Positions 10,189 to 21,494 of a stretch of 64,000 nucleotides of DNA are shown piece by piece. The position numbers and the translations under genes are program-made. The DNA is from Octopus sinensis (lineage: Eukaryota). Position 1 is the stretch's first letter. Each line of letters begins with the position of its first letter. Where the stretch lies: positions 39,432,001 through 39,496,000 of the forward strand of contig NC_043007.1 of NCBI RefSeq assembly GCF_006345805.1, in the 5' to 3' direction. Under the pieces are notes generated by a model. The model was not told where the DNA came from and did no database searches. It saw nothing but the letters and a program-made list of their open reading frames with translations.

Positions 10189-10996
10189 GGTGTAGCGTGG
10201 CTGTAGAGGTAAGAGGTTTGCTTCCCAATCACATGCTTCTGGGTTCAGTCCCACAGCGTGGAACTTTAGGCAAGTGTCTCGGGCCGACCAAAGCCTTGTG
10301 AGTGGATCAGGTAGACGGAAACTGAAAGAAGCCCGTCGTACACATACATGCATGACCATGTGTGTATGTCTGTATTTGTACCCCACCACCGCTTGACAAC
10401 CGATGTTGGTATGTTTACGTCCCCGTAACCTATAGGTTCGGCAAAAGCAACCGATAGAATAAGTACCAGGCTGAACAAGAAAATAAATACTGTAGTCGAT
10501 TCAGTCGACTAAGAATTCTTTAAGGTTGTGCCCCAGCATGGCCACTGTCTAATTTGACTGCGGCCATGCTGGAGCACCGCCTTTAGTCGAACTAATTATC
10601 CCCAGGACTTATTCTTTGTAAGCCTAGTTCTTATTCTATCGGTCTCTCTCCTTTGCCGGATCGCTAGATAACGGAGAAATAAGCATACCAACACCGGTTG
10701 TCAAGCGATGGTAGGACAAACATAACCACACAAACATACACACACACACACACACACATATGAAACAAATGATCTAAATATATATATTCTTTTATTCATT
10801 TACTTGTTTCAGTAATTTGACTGCGTCCATACTGGAGCACCGCCTTTAGTCGAACAAATCGACCCCAGGACTTGTTCTTTGTAAGCCTAGTACTTATTCT
10901 ATCGGTCTGTTTTGCCAAACCGCTAAGTTACGAGGAAGTAAACACACCAACATCGTTCGCCAAGCGATGGTAGCGGGGAGACAAACACAAATACTC

Positions 10997-11040
<44 letters not shown>

Positions 11041-11205
11041 AACACACGGACGGTCTTCTTTCAGTTTCCGTTTCCCAAACCCACTCACAAGGCATTGGTC
11101 GATTCGAGGCTATAGTAGAAGAGACTTGTCCAATATCCCACGCAGTAGAATTGAACCCGGAACCATATAGTTGGGAAGCAAGCTTCTTACCACACAGCCA
11201 CACCT
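10189..11205. mobile_element. Cluster of three SINE family A copies (+ 10189-10552; - 10553-10760 partial; - 10790-11205)
   Basis: Matches to family A in both orientations; the first two meet tail-to-tail. Confidence 0.85.
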
Positions 11206-11725
11206 ATTGTGTGTGTGCGGGTGTGTGGGTGTGTGCGGGTGTATTTGTTGTATTACCTTCGTTGAATTTCACTTGTATGACAGACTTTTTCGGTGATCTC
11301 TCAGCAGACGTCTACTGCAACTGGCAAACAGAATGGGAGAATTCCCTGTCCTGTGAGCCGGAGAGTAAGCAAATGGAGAAGAATTGGGACTGGGTGGCGA
11401 GCTGGTTGGTCAGTCTCGCCCAGAAATAGTTTGAGAAAAAAGCTATCTCTGAAAAGTCAGTCAGAGGTGACATACACATATATCACCGCCATCAAGTATT
11501 ACTTCCTTAATGTCGTCCTTTGCTATGTGCCTGCCAGCCCGAATAGAAGCATCTGCTCTTTGGATCTTTTTTTATTTTGTTCTTGTGGAAGGAACACGTT
11601 TCCCTAGTCAGATGCTCCATTTGCTGTCAACAATCACTACGTGGAGGAATGGATGTCCTGTGACGTATGCAAGCGACAACAATGTTCTGTATCTTTTTCT
11701 TTGCGTTTAATGAGGAGGATTATTA

Positions 11726-12116
11726 TCTATATATATAAAGCTGAAGTTGTCTGTGCGTGTGTGCGGCAGGTTTGGTAGCCTTCAACTAACACTATCTCCT
11801 CCGAGACCCTGCAGCGCAAGTTTACCAAAATTGAGAGTATGATAGAAGAAGGCTTCGTAAAAGAAAAAATTCAAATCGGACCATGTTAAGACCAAAATTT
11901 ATTTACATAAAAAAAGTGCTTTTTTTCTATGAAATTCCCTATTTTTTACGATTTTTTGACTGCTGTGTCGCAATTTTTCGGTGTATTTCAACCAGAAAAA
12001 TGTTCACTTAAAGAGAATAACAAGCTACATAATGCAAAATTTTTACTTTTCAAAAATTCTAATTCTAAAGAGTCGAAAAGAAAACAAACCCGAGCAACGC
12101 TTGGCTATACTGCTAG
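11726..12116 (+). mobile_element. Non-autonomous Helitron (391 bp)
   Basis: Starts TCTATATATATAAA, ends cccgagcaacgcttggctatactgCTAG, lies between A and T with no TSD; 3' end shared with 16689-17038. Confidence 0.8.
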
Positions 12117-12124
12117 TAATAATA

Positions 12125-12770
12125 AAACTTGTTTCGTTTTCCCGACAATAACGTTTCCCTAATTGATAATAAGAAGCCACAATATGGTAGAAGCCATAGC
12201 CACTCATAATAAGGAGTACTGGTGGAATGACCCAGTGAAAACCCCAATAAAAAGAAAACATAACAGACCTGACATAGTGATTTAGGATTGAGAAGAGAAA
12301 CTGTACAATTGTGGAAATCAGCTGCCCAACAAATGATAACATAAAGCAAAAGAAAAAAAAAATACCTATGCTGAACTATTGAGAAATCTACAGTTGCTCT
12401 ATCCAGATTAAATGTTCAGGTTTATAACTGTAATTATTGGGGCATTTGGGGTGTGTAACACACTGCCTATGTACCAATCTTGAAAAATTTGGCTTCTCAA
12501 AACTAGAAAGGAGAAAACTGGATTCGATTACTACGTATTCAAGTCTTCGCCGGAACTAAAAATCTTTCTAGAAGTTTATCATTTAAGTATGTGTTAAGAT
12601 GTCGCCATGCAACTAGATGCATGAGAATACATACATATCTACACATGCACTGATTCCAAATACTGCACATATACACCCATACATGCAAAAATACCCTGTT
12701 GATGTTGTTGAAATTCCAGTGAATTCTATTTGCAAGAAACTTTGAAATGAAATTGAATAATGACATACAT
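12125..12770 (+). pseudogene. 3' end of an RLE-clade non-LTR retrotransposon (restriction-like endonuclease domain and 3' UTR)
   Basis: Broken frames give HNRPDIVI*D*EEK / CTIVEISCPTNDNIKQK / KNTYAELLRNLQLLYPD, a PD..E-type RLE motif; a related 3' fragment lies at 45050-45200. Confidence 0.75.
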
Positions 12771-12849
12771 TCATGTGTGTGACGGTGTGTGTGTGTGTGT
12801 GTGTTAGTGTTAGGTCACTCACAAGTGTTAGTGGTTACGTAGTCCAGTA

Positions 12850-13165
12850 CAACCTGCAACATCGTCGGATCATTGGAGAAGGAGCATGGGATGTTGTTTT
12901 TATTTCCAGCATGCCATTGATTCTGTCGGACTGTGTTTACCCGATGAAATGCGTTCAATTCCCTATTCGCCTGAGCTTTGCGATGACCATCAACAAAGCA
13001 CAGGGGCAGTCATTGAAAGTCGTGGGGTTGGACCTCAGCACTCCCTGCTTTTCTCACGGACAACTGTATGTGGTCTGTTCGAGGGTTGGCTGTTCGACAA
13101 ACCTTTTCTACTACGCTCCAGACGGAGTAACAAGGAATGTGGTTTACAAGGCTGCGCTCCACTAG
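12850..13165 (+). pseudogene. Helitron PIF1-family helicase C-terminal fragment
   Basis: QFPIRLSFAMTINKAQGQSLKVVGLDLSTPCFSHGQLYVVCSRV...TRNVVY, the Helitron/PIF1 terminal helicase motifs; open to the stop at 13163-13165. Confidence 0.9.
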
Positions 13166-13755
13166 CTTTTCCATTCCCTTGAACATCCCGTAAAGTAAGT
13201 TAGCTTAAAATTAGTTACTTAGTTCCCTAGGTTGTTGCTTTTCATCAAAAATCGCTCCTAATTGATTTCCTACATGTTTTATCGGATAAACTTATTGTCC
13301 CAGCTACGTTCTCATAAATTCATCATGCTTTTCCATCTAGATTTACCTCCAGCTAACCCATTTGCATGCATCGTTTTTGTCCTGCTTTTCTTCCGTCAAC
13401 TTGTACATAACTGCACATTCCATTTTTTGTTATTTTTGTACTGCTTAAAGGCACGTTTCTTTCCTGCCAAGCTTACTATTTAAACCATGTTTGTGTTCTC
13501 CCAGTCAATAGCCTTATCATTACTGGTACTCTAAACTCATCGGTTGCATATTTGTGTGAATAAAATCGTTTTTCTTTGGAATACAGAAAAGTCTACCATT
13601 ATTTCTTCTTTTGCTGGTGTCTCAAATTTAGGTTAAATCAGTGTTTCTCAAAGGGGAGGCCTATGGGACGGTCGGACAAGTTGTTTTGAGAAAATTTGGT
13701 TTAAATGTTTGACAACTCAGCACCGTCCATTGGATGGGGGAGGGGCGTTTTGCTC

Positions 13756-13788
<33 letters not shown>

Positions 13789-14411
13789 TACTTGATAATT
13801 TCTTATTAAAATTTCTTATTAAGATTTTATCCTATTTTTAAAATTTGTTCCGAAGATGCACGTTGTTACCGAAATGCAATTCGAAAAAACCCGCCATTTA
13901 CATAGGTGTATGAGGAGTGAACATTTCCAAATGCTACGATGGAGGCGATGGGTGTCTATCTGGTATGTTGTTTTTGTTCATTCATGATATATCTTGGATT
14001 CGCTTCACTGAAGAGCAAGGGACGCGGATACTGCGTTAATTGCGAAATCACAGGTGATCTGGAGCTAAATTCTGTTTTTAAATGACTCGCTTCGAGAATT
14101 GCATTCGGTACGATTTGTTTATATTTGGTAGTTATGACTTTAAAAGTCCCTCCTAGCGTGCGGCATTTATGTGTAATAATGCCCTCTATATAATATAAAT
14201 AAATATTTTGAAGTGAAAAAAATTACAGATTTTTTCTCTTATGAGGTTCTTCACGCTAACTACTTGATAATTTCTTATTAAAATGTTATCCTATTTTAAA
14301 AATTTATATATATAGATAGATAGATAGATAGATAGATACATATATTACATATATACATATTACATATATATATATACATACATATAATACATACATACAT
14401 ACACACAAACA

Positions 14412-14454
<43 letters not shown>

Positions 14455-14532
14455 CTATATATATATATACAATTGTATATAAAATATATATATAATATAT
14501 TTATATTATATATATAATACATCTATTAAACG

Positions 14533-14604
<72 letters not shown>

Positions 14605-14640
14605 ATATATATAACTATTTTATCTTAAACTATTTTTAAA

Positions 14641-15515
14641 TGTTTTAGCTGAAAAGCTGTAGTCATGCTGGAGCACCACCATTGACTGAGCTACACCATT
14701 ATTTAGAACCTACTCTGATATGTGGCATTTGGTCAATGAAGTAGCTTGATGCTGCTGCCTTCAGCTGTGTTTCCTGCCGTGAGGTAGGCTCTCTGGAACC
14801 CATAACAGGAAGAGATCTAGTTTTGTTTTAAAGACACTTACATCCACACCATGCAGGTCTCCAGGCATTTTGGAAGGATATTAAAGAGCTGTAGGCCCTT
14901 GAAGCCCAAACTGTTGCAGTATCTGGTCCTGTATTTTGATAGCGATGCTGGAATCTTTGGCACTATGCAGTGGCGCCTCGTTCTGCAGTTTGAGTAACTT
15001 GCAATGCCGAAGTCCTTCTAGGATTTTCCAGATGTATATTACTGCATATCTCTCCCGCCTTCGTTCCAGGTAGAAGAGTTTTAATTCTTTAAGTTTTTCC
15101 CAATAGCTGGCATGTTGCTTCGAGACGATTTTCTTAGTGTAGCTTCGTTGGATTGCTTCGAGTTCCGCCGCGGTTTTTTATTGTGTGCTAACCATAGTTG
15201 GGAGCAATAGTCTAAGCGGCCTTAGAGAACGTATGTCCTCCAAAGGATCCTCAATGTCTCCTTTTCTTTTGTTCTGAAAGTTTGAAGGATCCATCCAACC
15301 ACCCGTCTGCATTTTATTACCAAATTGGTAATAAGCACTTGAAAAGATGCATCATTGCTCATGTCAATGTCCAGGACACGCACTGACTTTGATTCAGGGA
15401 TTTCAATTCCTCTTGGGCCAGTGTATCCTGTCTACATGTCATTTAGATTTGTGTGTTGGTAGCGTAGGACCTAGAATTTTCCTGCAGTAAACTGCATGTT
15501 GTTGTCCTCGGCCCA
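14641..15515 (-). mobile_element. 5'-truncated CR1-group LINE 3' end (RT C-terminus and tail)
   Basis: Broken minus frames give WAEDNNMQFTAGKF, GWILQTFRTKEKETLRILWRTYVL, RLDYCSQLW and LERRRERYAVIYIWKILEGL; a short 3' UTR ends in ggtggtgctccagcatgactacagcttttcagctaaaaca. Confidence 0.85.
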
Positions 15516-16688
15516 CCTGTAATTGTGGCATCGGATGCCAGTGAATATGATGTAGGAGCTGTAATATTGCATAAATTTAATGATGATAAAATCAAAGCTA
15601 TTGCACATGTATCGAGAGTTCTATTACCAGCGGAAAGAAACTACAGCCAGATTGAAAAAGAGGCGTTATCATTAATCATCGCAGTAAAAAAATTCATAAA
15701 TTCTTACATGGGAGGAAGTTTACAGTGCAAACGGATCAGCGACCGTTATTGTCTATTTTTGGCTCGAAAAAGGGTATCCCAACTCACTCAGCAAACCGCT
15801 TACAGCGCTGGGGGACTACTCTGTTGAACTACGATTTCCATATGGAGTTTTTGCCATCAATGAAAATGGGACACGCAGAGGGGTTGTCTAGGCTAATTCC
15901 AAAATATGAGGAACCTTTTGAAGACACGGTGATTGCATCATTAAAACTAGAAATGAAACTGAAGAACATTTTGTGCAATGCAGTACGTGATTTGCCGGTA
16001 ACGCTGGAAGAAATTAAATTGAAATCGGGAAATGATAGGTTCATAAATAAGATTTTTTTAAATGTTGAGTAACACGAAAAATATAAATGAGCGGGACGCA
16101 GGTTCAAAGCACTATTCAGTATGTGATGAGGTTTTATTAAATGCACAAAGACTGGTGATACCTGAAGCACTGCAAAACAAAGTATTAAAAGACTTTCATG
16201 TAGGACATCCGGGGATTGTCCGGATGAAGAGTCTTATGAGAAGTTACGTTTATTGGCCGAATATGGACAAGCAAATTGAGAGACTGGTAAAACAGTGTAG
16301 GGAATGCGCTATGGCAGCAAAGGTGCCCCCATTGCAGATTCAGCCGTGGCCAAAAACGGATTCGGCATGGTCTAGACTACATGTGGATTTCGCAGGACCA
16401 ACAAATGGCTCTCATTATATCATTGTGGTGGATAGCTATTCCAAATGGCCCGAAGTGTGTAAATGTTCAAGGCCAACCAGAAGTGTGACTATTAACTTCT
16501 TGGAAGAACTAACTGTCCCAGATACGATCGTGTCGGATAATGGTACACAATTCACGGCGAAGGAGTTCGAAAGATTCTGTAAGTAGGTTCAGATGAAGCA
16601 TGTGTTAACTCCACCATTCAAGAGAGCCTTAATGAAGACCTGACGGGAAAGCTTTGAAGATACAAATATGACAAAGGTTTTGCAGGTA

Positions 16689-17038
16689 TCTCTCTCTATA
16701 TATAAACGGCAGTTTGTCTGTGTGTGTTTCTGTGTGTCTGTTAGGTTGTACCCTCACCCTGACCACGGCTTTCAACCGATTCTGATGAAACTTGACACAC
16801 ACATAGCCCAATGTCATAATTCAAAACTAACGCAGCGAAAATTTTGAAAAGTTCCCCCAGTTCTGAAAAAAATCGATAAATTCGACATGGGGTCGAGAAT
16901 CAGAAACACAAACCACAGACTGTCGAGGGGACGCAACTCGACCTTTTTAACTAAAAAAATTTACCATTATTTTTTTTCCAGTTTTGCTTTATAGTTATTT
17001 CCCTTACAAACCCGAGCAACGCCGGGCGATACTGCTAG
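16689..17038 (+). mobile_element. Non-autonomous Helitron (350 bp) inserted in the Gypsy integrase
   Basis: 5' TC, 3' cccgagcaacgccgggcgatactgCTAG, A|T target; removing it restores the frame KVLQV|YRITPNPNAE. Confidence 0.9.
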
Positions 17039-17390
17039 TATAGAATAACACCGAATCCAAATGCAGAGTCGGTTAGGTCATCCGCAGATTTGATGTTTTC
17101 TAGAAAAATTCGTTCTATTTTTGACAAATGGTTGCCGAGCAGGAAACAGAAAATAGAAAATTCGGGAAGAAAAACGAATTTTTTAAACATAGATGACAAA
17201 GTGTATTTTAAAATATATAGTAACGGAAAACAAAACTGGGAACAAGGAAGTATAACTGGACGTCTGGGTAACGTGATGTACATGGTAAAAGGACCAAAAT
17301 ATGAACACAGAAGGGATTTAAACCAATAAAAAAAGTTATACCAAAAACCAAGAGAAGCGAGAAGAACCAATGGATTTATGGTATGATTTG

Positions 17391-17508
17391 TTCCGGGTCC
17401 CAGAACCGCAAGCAAATGTGTTCGAGGTCCCAGAACCACAAGCAAAAGTGTTCGAGGTCCCAGAACCACAAGCAAAAGTGTTCGAGGTCCCAGAACCACA
17501 AGCAAAAG
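17391..17508 (+). repeat. 30-bp minisatellite x4 in the Gypsy pol C-terminal region
   Basis: ttcgaggtcccagaaccacaagcaaaagtg units at 17391, 17421, 17451 and 17481, read as (FEVPEPQAKV)n. Confidence 0.95.
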
Positions 17509-17844
17509 CAGAACCGACACGTAGTTCGAACAGGAAGAGAAAATCTACAGAAATGATGGAAATTAACGCTAAGAGAAAAAGATATGCCAGTTTCTCACCG
17601 AGGAAATAAAATTGATAAATTCGGATTTAAAAAACTCAAATGGGGGAGGTGTTGTGTGGACGCCCCTAGACGATGAAGTAGACTAGCCCGATACGTAGAT
17701 ATAGAGGGAGAAGTCTAGACGTCGAGAGTAGAGTCAAAGTAGAGAAAAGAGTTGAGTAGAAGGCAACCGAACGTGGGACATAACAATAATACATATATAT
17801 ATATTATATATAATATATATGATATGTTTATATATATATATCTG

Positions 17845-18036
17845 AGACCCACCTCGGTCACGACACAGACCATGGGATTGCACCTAGAAAGTTACCCTCC
17901 CAGGCACAAGTCCGGGCAAGGTTGTTTATGGAAGACCAGCAGTCGCCCATGCATACCGGCATCCTCTCTCCACGCCACCAGTGTTATCCAAGAGAAAGGC
18001 AACAGCTGATACAGCTTGGCACCTGTGACGTCGCAA
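17845..18036 (-). mobile_element. SINE family C body/3' fragment
   Basis: gatacagcttggcacctgtgacgtcgc is the reverse complement of gtgacatcactggtgccaagccgtatc at the end of the 32642 copy. Confidence 0.65.
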
Positions 18037-18077
18037 TTCATACCACCATCCCTTCAGTTATCCGCAGTTATCCGGCC

Positions 18078-18140
18078 GGATAACTGAAGAGATGGTGGTG
18101 TGGATTTCCACCTCGGCATCCGAAACTCAGAGTTTTATCT
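18078..18140 (+). ncRNA. Type I minimal hammerhead ribozyme, near canonical
   Basis: Stem I GGATAA/TTATCT, core CTGAAGA, stem II GATG...CATC(C) with a long loop, GAAA, CTC-A-GAG, GUU triplet; preceded by an inverted partial copy (18041-18077). Confidence 0.75.
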
Positions 18141-18233
18141 TGGCTACCGAATAATTGTCACATTTACAGATAAATTCCTCTATTTACATAGTATTGAGGT
18201 CTCTTTCTTTCTTTTGTAATCTTACCGTTTCTA

Positions 18234-18303
<70 letters not shown>

Positions 18304-18452
18304 ATAAGTAGTGTGATGAATTATCCTAGTATGGATACTTCGGTTAATCGATACCTGGGTAGTAAATTCACGTCAGAAAACACGGTTGAAGCAACATGCC
18401 AAGGGCAAAACCCCGTGTTCCTGTGTAGAAATTTGTGTTTTTTTTATATGAA

Positions 18453-18686
18453 TAAATGAAAAGAATGGAGTCGAACGAAGATTTTAACAAAATTCCTTTA
18501 CTTTCGACACATGTTTCGAAGTCTGCATATTCTTAATTCTGAAGGAATAAAGTGTGCATTATGAAGAGAAGACGGCATAATGCACACTTTATTCCTTCGG
18601 AATTAAGAATATGCAGTCTTCGAAACATGTGTCGAAAGTAAAGGAATTTTGTTAAAATCTTCGTTCGACTCCATTCTTTTCATTTA
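18453..18686. repeat. Fold-back, 111-bp arms, 12-nt loop
   Basis: 18453-18563 vs 18576-18686, two mismatches seen. Confidence 0.95.
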
Positions 18687-18779
18687 TATATATACACGAC
18701 GGGCTTCTTTCAGTTTCCGTCTACCAAATCCAGTAAAAAGGCTTTGGGTGGCCCTAGGCTATAGTAGAAAAGACACAGA

Positions 18780-19870
18780 CATATGTATGAAGCAGATGAT
18801 TAAAAGAAGAAAATGTAGGAAAAGAGTGAAAAGCGTGGTACACATGTAGAGATAAAAGAAGGAAAGAAGCAAAGATAAAACTGAAGAAGATAAAAGATCG
18901 AATGATTAAATGAATGATCTTAGAACGGCATAGAAGGAAAAGAAAAAAGAAAATGTTACGACCGATACAGGGAAAGATGAAAAGGAAAGGTGAAATGAAA
19001 GAATGACAGATGGAAGAGATAGAACTGAAAGATGTAAAAGAATGTGAAAGAAAGAAGAAAGGTATATAAGAGAAAGTGAATGACAGAAATAATGGGGAGA
19101 AAGAACGTAAAAATAATGGAAGAAAGAATTTAAAAGAATGAAAAAGAAAAAAATTGAAAGAAACTTGAAAAGTATTGAAAGGAAAAGAAGGTGAAAGAAG
19201 GTAGAACTTGTAACGAAAGAAAGGAAAAAGAAAGAAGCGCTAACGAATGAAAGAAAGAAAAAAATTGCTAATAAAAAGAGAGAAAACGAAGAGCTAACGA
19301 AAGAAAGGAAAAAGAAGGAAGTGATAACGAAGGAAAGAATGAAGTTTTTAACGAGGGGAAGGAAGAACAGAAAAAAGAAAAGAAGGTCTAATGAAAGAAT
19401 GAAGTGCAAACGAAGAAAAGAAAGGAAAAAGGGAGCTAGCGAAAGAAAGAAAAAAGAATGAAGTGCTGAGGAAAGAATGAAGTGCTAACAGAGGAAAGAA
19501 AACGAATGAAATTTAAAGGAAAGAAAAGTGAAATTGCAAACGAAAGAAAGGAGAGAAGTGCTAACGAAAGAAAAAGAGAATGAAATGCTTATGAAAGAAA
19601 AGGAGAATGAAATGCTAATGAAAGAAAAAGAGAATGAAATGCTAATAAAAGAAAAAAGAGAATGAGAGAATGAAATGCTAATGAAAAGAAGAGTATGGTA
19701 ACGAAAAATGAATTATTAATGAAAGAAATATGTAATATCAAATATGTAATATCAAAAGGGAAAGAATGAAATTAGTGTCGTTCTAGGGAAGTGGGGCGGG
19801 AATAGAAGGAATACAGAAATGAAAAACAGATTGAAGAAAGGAATAAAGAAACAATTAGAAAGAAAAAAGA
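18780..19870 (+). repeat. Purine-rich (GAAA-type) low-complexity tract with ~27-bp tandem units near 19560-19690
   Basis: Recurring gaaagaaaaagagaatgaaatgctaat. Confidence 0.85.
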
Positions 19871-19874
19871 TTAG

Positions 19875-20275
19875 AGGCGCAGGAGTGGCTGTGTGGTAAG
19901 TAGCTTGCTAACCAACCACATGGTTCTGGGTTCAGTCCCACTGCGTGGCATCTTGGGCAAGTGTCTTCTGCTATAGCCCCGGGCCGACCAATGCCTTGTG
20001 AGTGGATTTGGTAGACGGAAACTGAAAGAAGCTTGTCGTATATATGTATGTATGTGTGTGTGTCTGTGTTTGTTCCCCTAGCATTGCTTGACAACCGATG
20101 CTGGTGTGTTTACGTCCCCGTCACTTAGCGGTTCGGCAAAAAGAGACCGATAGAATAAGTACTGGGCTTACAAAAAGAATAAGTCCCGGGGTCAAGTTGC
20201 TCGACTTAAAGGCGGTGCTCCAGCATGGCCGCAGTCTAATGACTGAAACAAGTAAGGGAGTAAAGGAGTAAAGGA
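19875..20275 (+). mobile_element. SINE family A, full length, low divergence
   Basis: aggcgcaggagtggctgtgtgg...cagcatggccgcagtctaatgactgaaacaagtaaggg. Confidence 0.92.
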
Positions 20276-20569
20276 AAGAGGAAAGAGAGAAAAATATAGA
20301 AAGCGGGATCGACAGAAAAGGTAAAAAAAAATGTGATTGAACGAAAGAAGAAAAAAATAAAAGATAAATTTCGGGGAGAAAAAAAAAAGGGAAAAATTTT
20401 CAAAAATTAAAACATGCAAAGGAAAGAAAGTGAGGTTTTGACATTTCTTATGTTGACTTCTCATTGGTGAGGGTCGTGGGTGAGTGGTCAGATTAGTGTC
20501 TTTTGATGGGGACACAGATATCCCACAGTTTCAGGATGATGTAGAAAATAATTATATAACTTTCTCTTA

Positions 20570-20617
20570 TACTATCTATCTATCTATCTATCTATGTATC
20601 TGTCTGTCTATCTATCC

Positions 20618-20694
<77 letters not shown>

Positions 20695-20748
20695 CATGTA
20701 TACACCTACTTATCTCTCTATATACATATCTATCTATCTATCTATCTG

Positions 20749-20825
<77 letters not shown>

Positions 20826-20847
20826 GTATCTGTCTGTCTATCTATCC

Positions 20848-20908
<61 letters not shown>

Positions 20909-20940
20909 CATGTATACACCTACTTATCTCTCTATATACA

Positions 20941-20982
<42 letters not shown>

Positions 20983-20997
20983 CATGTATACACCTAC

Positions 20998-21054
<57 letters not shown>

Positions 21055-21070
21055 CGTCTGTCTGTCTGTC
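20570..21070. repeat. (TATC)n array with a repeated internal spacer
   Basis: The spacer tacatgtatacacctacttatc occurs three times (~20692, ~20906, ~20979). Confidence 0.9.
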
Positions 21071-21449
21071 TGTCTCTACATCTTTATATACGCATCTATA
21101 TCTGTGTATATAATTACTTAATATCTATCTATCTGTCTGATTTACCTGCCTTTTTTTATCTTCAGTTTCTCTTTCGTAAGAGCTTGATTAACGTGAACGA
21201 CATTGAACAAGCCACGACTAGGATTCGAAACCGTTTCTCAATCTCCTCATTCAACAAGCATACTCGATCGAATCACCGAAAGCTTTAATACCTGCTCCGA
21301 AGAAGGGCGTTTTACCACCTTCGTATAAAACATATGACCGTAACAGAAGACAAACCAATATAAAACCATCAATAATAAAGTTGATCGATAAACAACATTA
21401 AAAGACAAAATTCCCTTTATATATATATATATAATATATATACTCCTGC

Positions 21450-21493
<44 letters not shown>

Positions 21494-21494
<1 letters not shown>

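Larger units (their letters stand above)
15516..17649 (+). mobile_element. Ty3/Gypsy (Mag-like) LTR retrotransposon remnant: RNase H, integrase, PPT
   Basis: VASDASEYDVGAV...NYSQIEKEAL, TDQRPL...RLQRW, HVGHPG...YVYWP..C..C, RLHVDFAGP..VVDSYSKWPEV and VSDNGTQF; frameshifts present; purine tract gggggagg at 17642-17649. Confidence 0.95.
17650..18396 (+). repeat. Probable 3' LTR of the Gypsy element, interrupted by later insertions
   Basis: TGTTG directly after the PPT and complementary CAACA at 18392-18396; no second LTR in the window to confirm it. Confidence 0.45.

Noticed and set aside
16785-16800. CTGATGAAAC as a hammerhead core
   Set aside because: No room for stem II; part of the Helitron interior.
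20484-21288. (IYLS)n ORFs
   Set aside because: (TATC)n translation.
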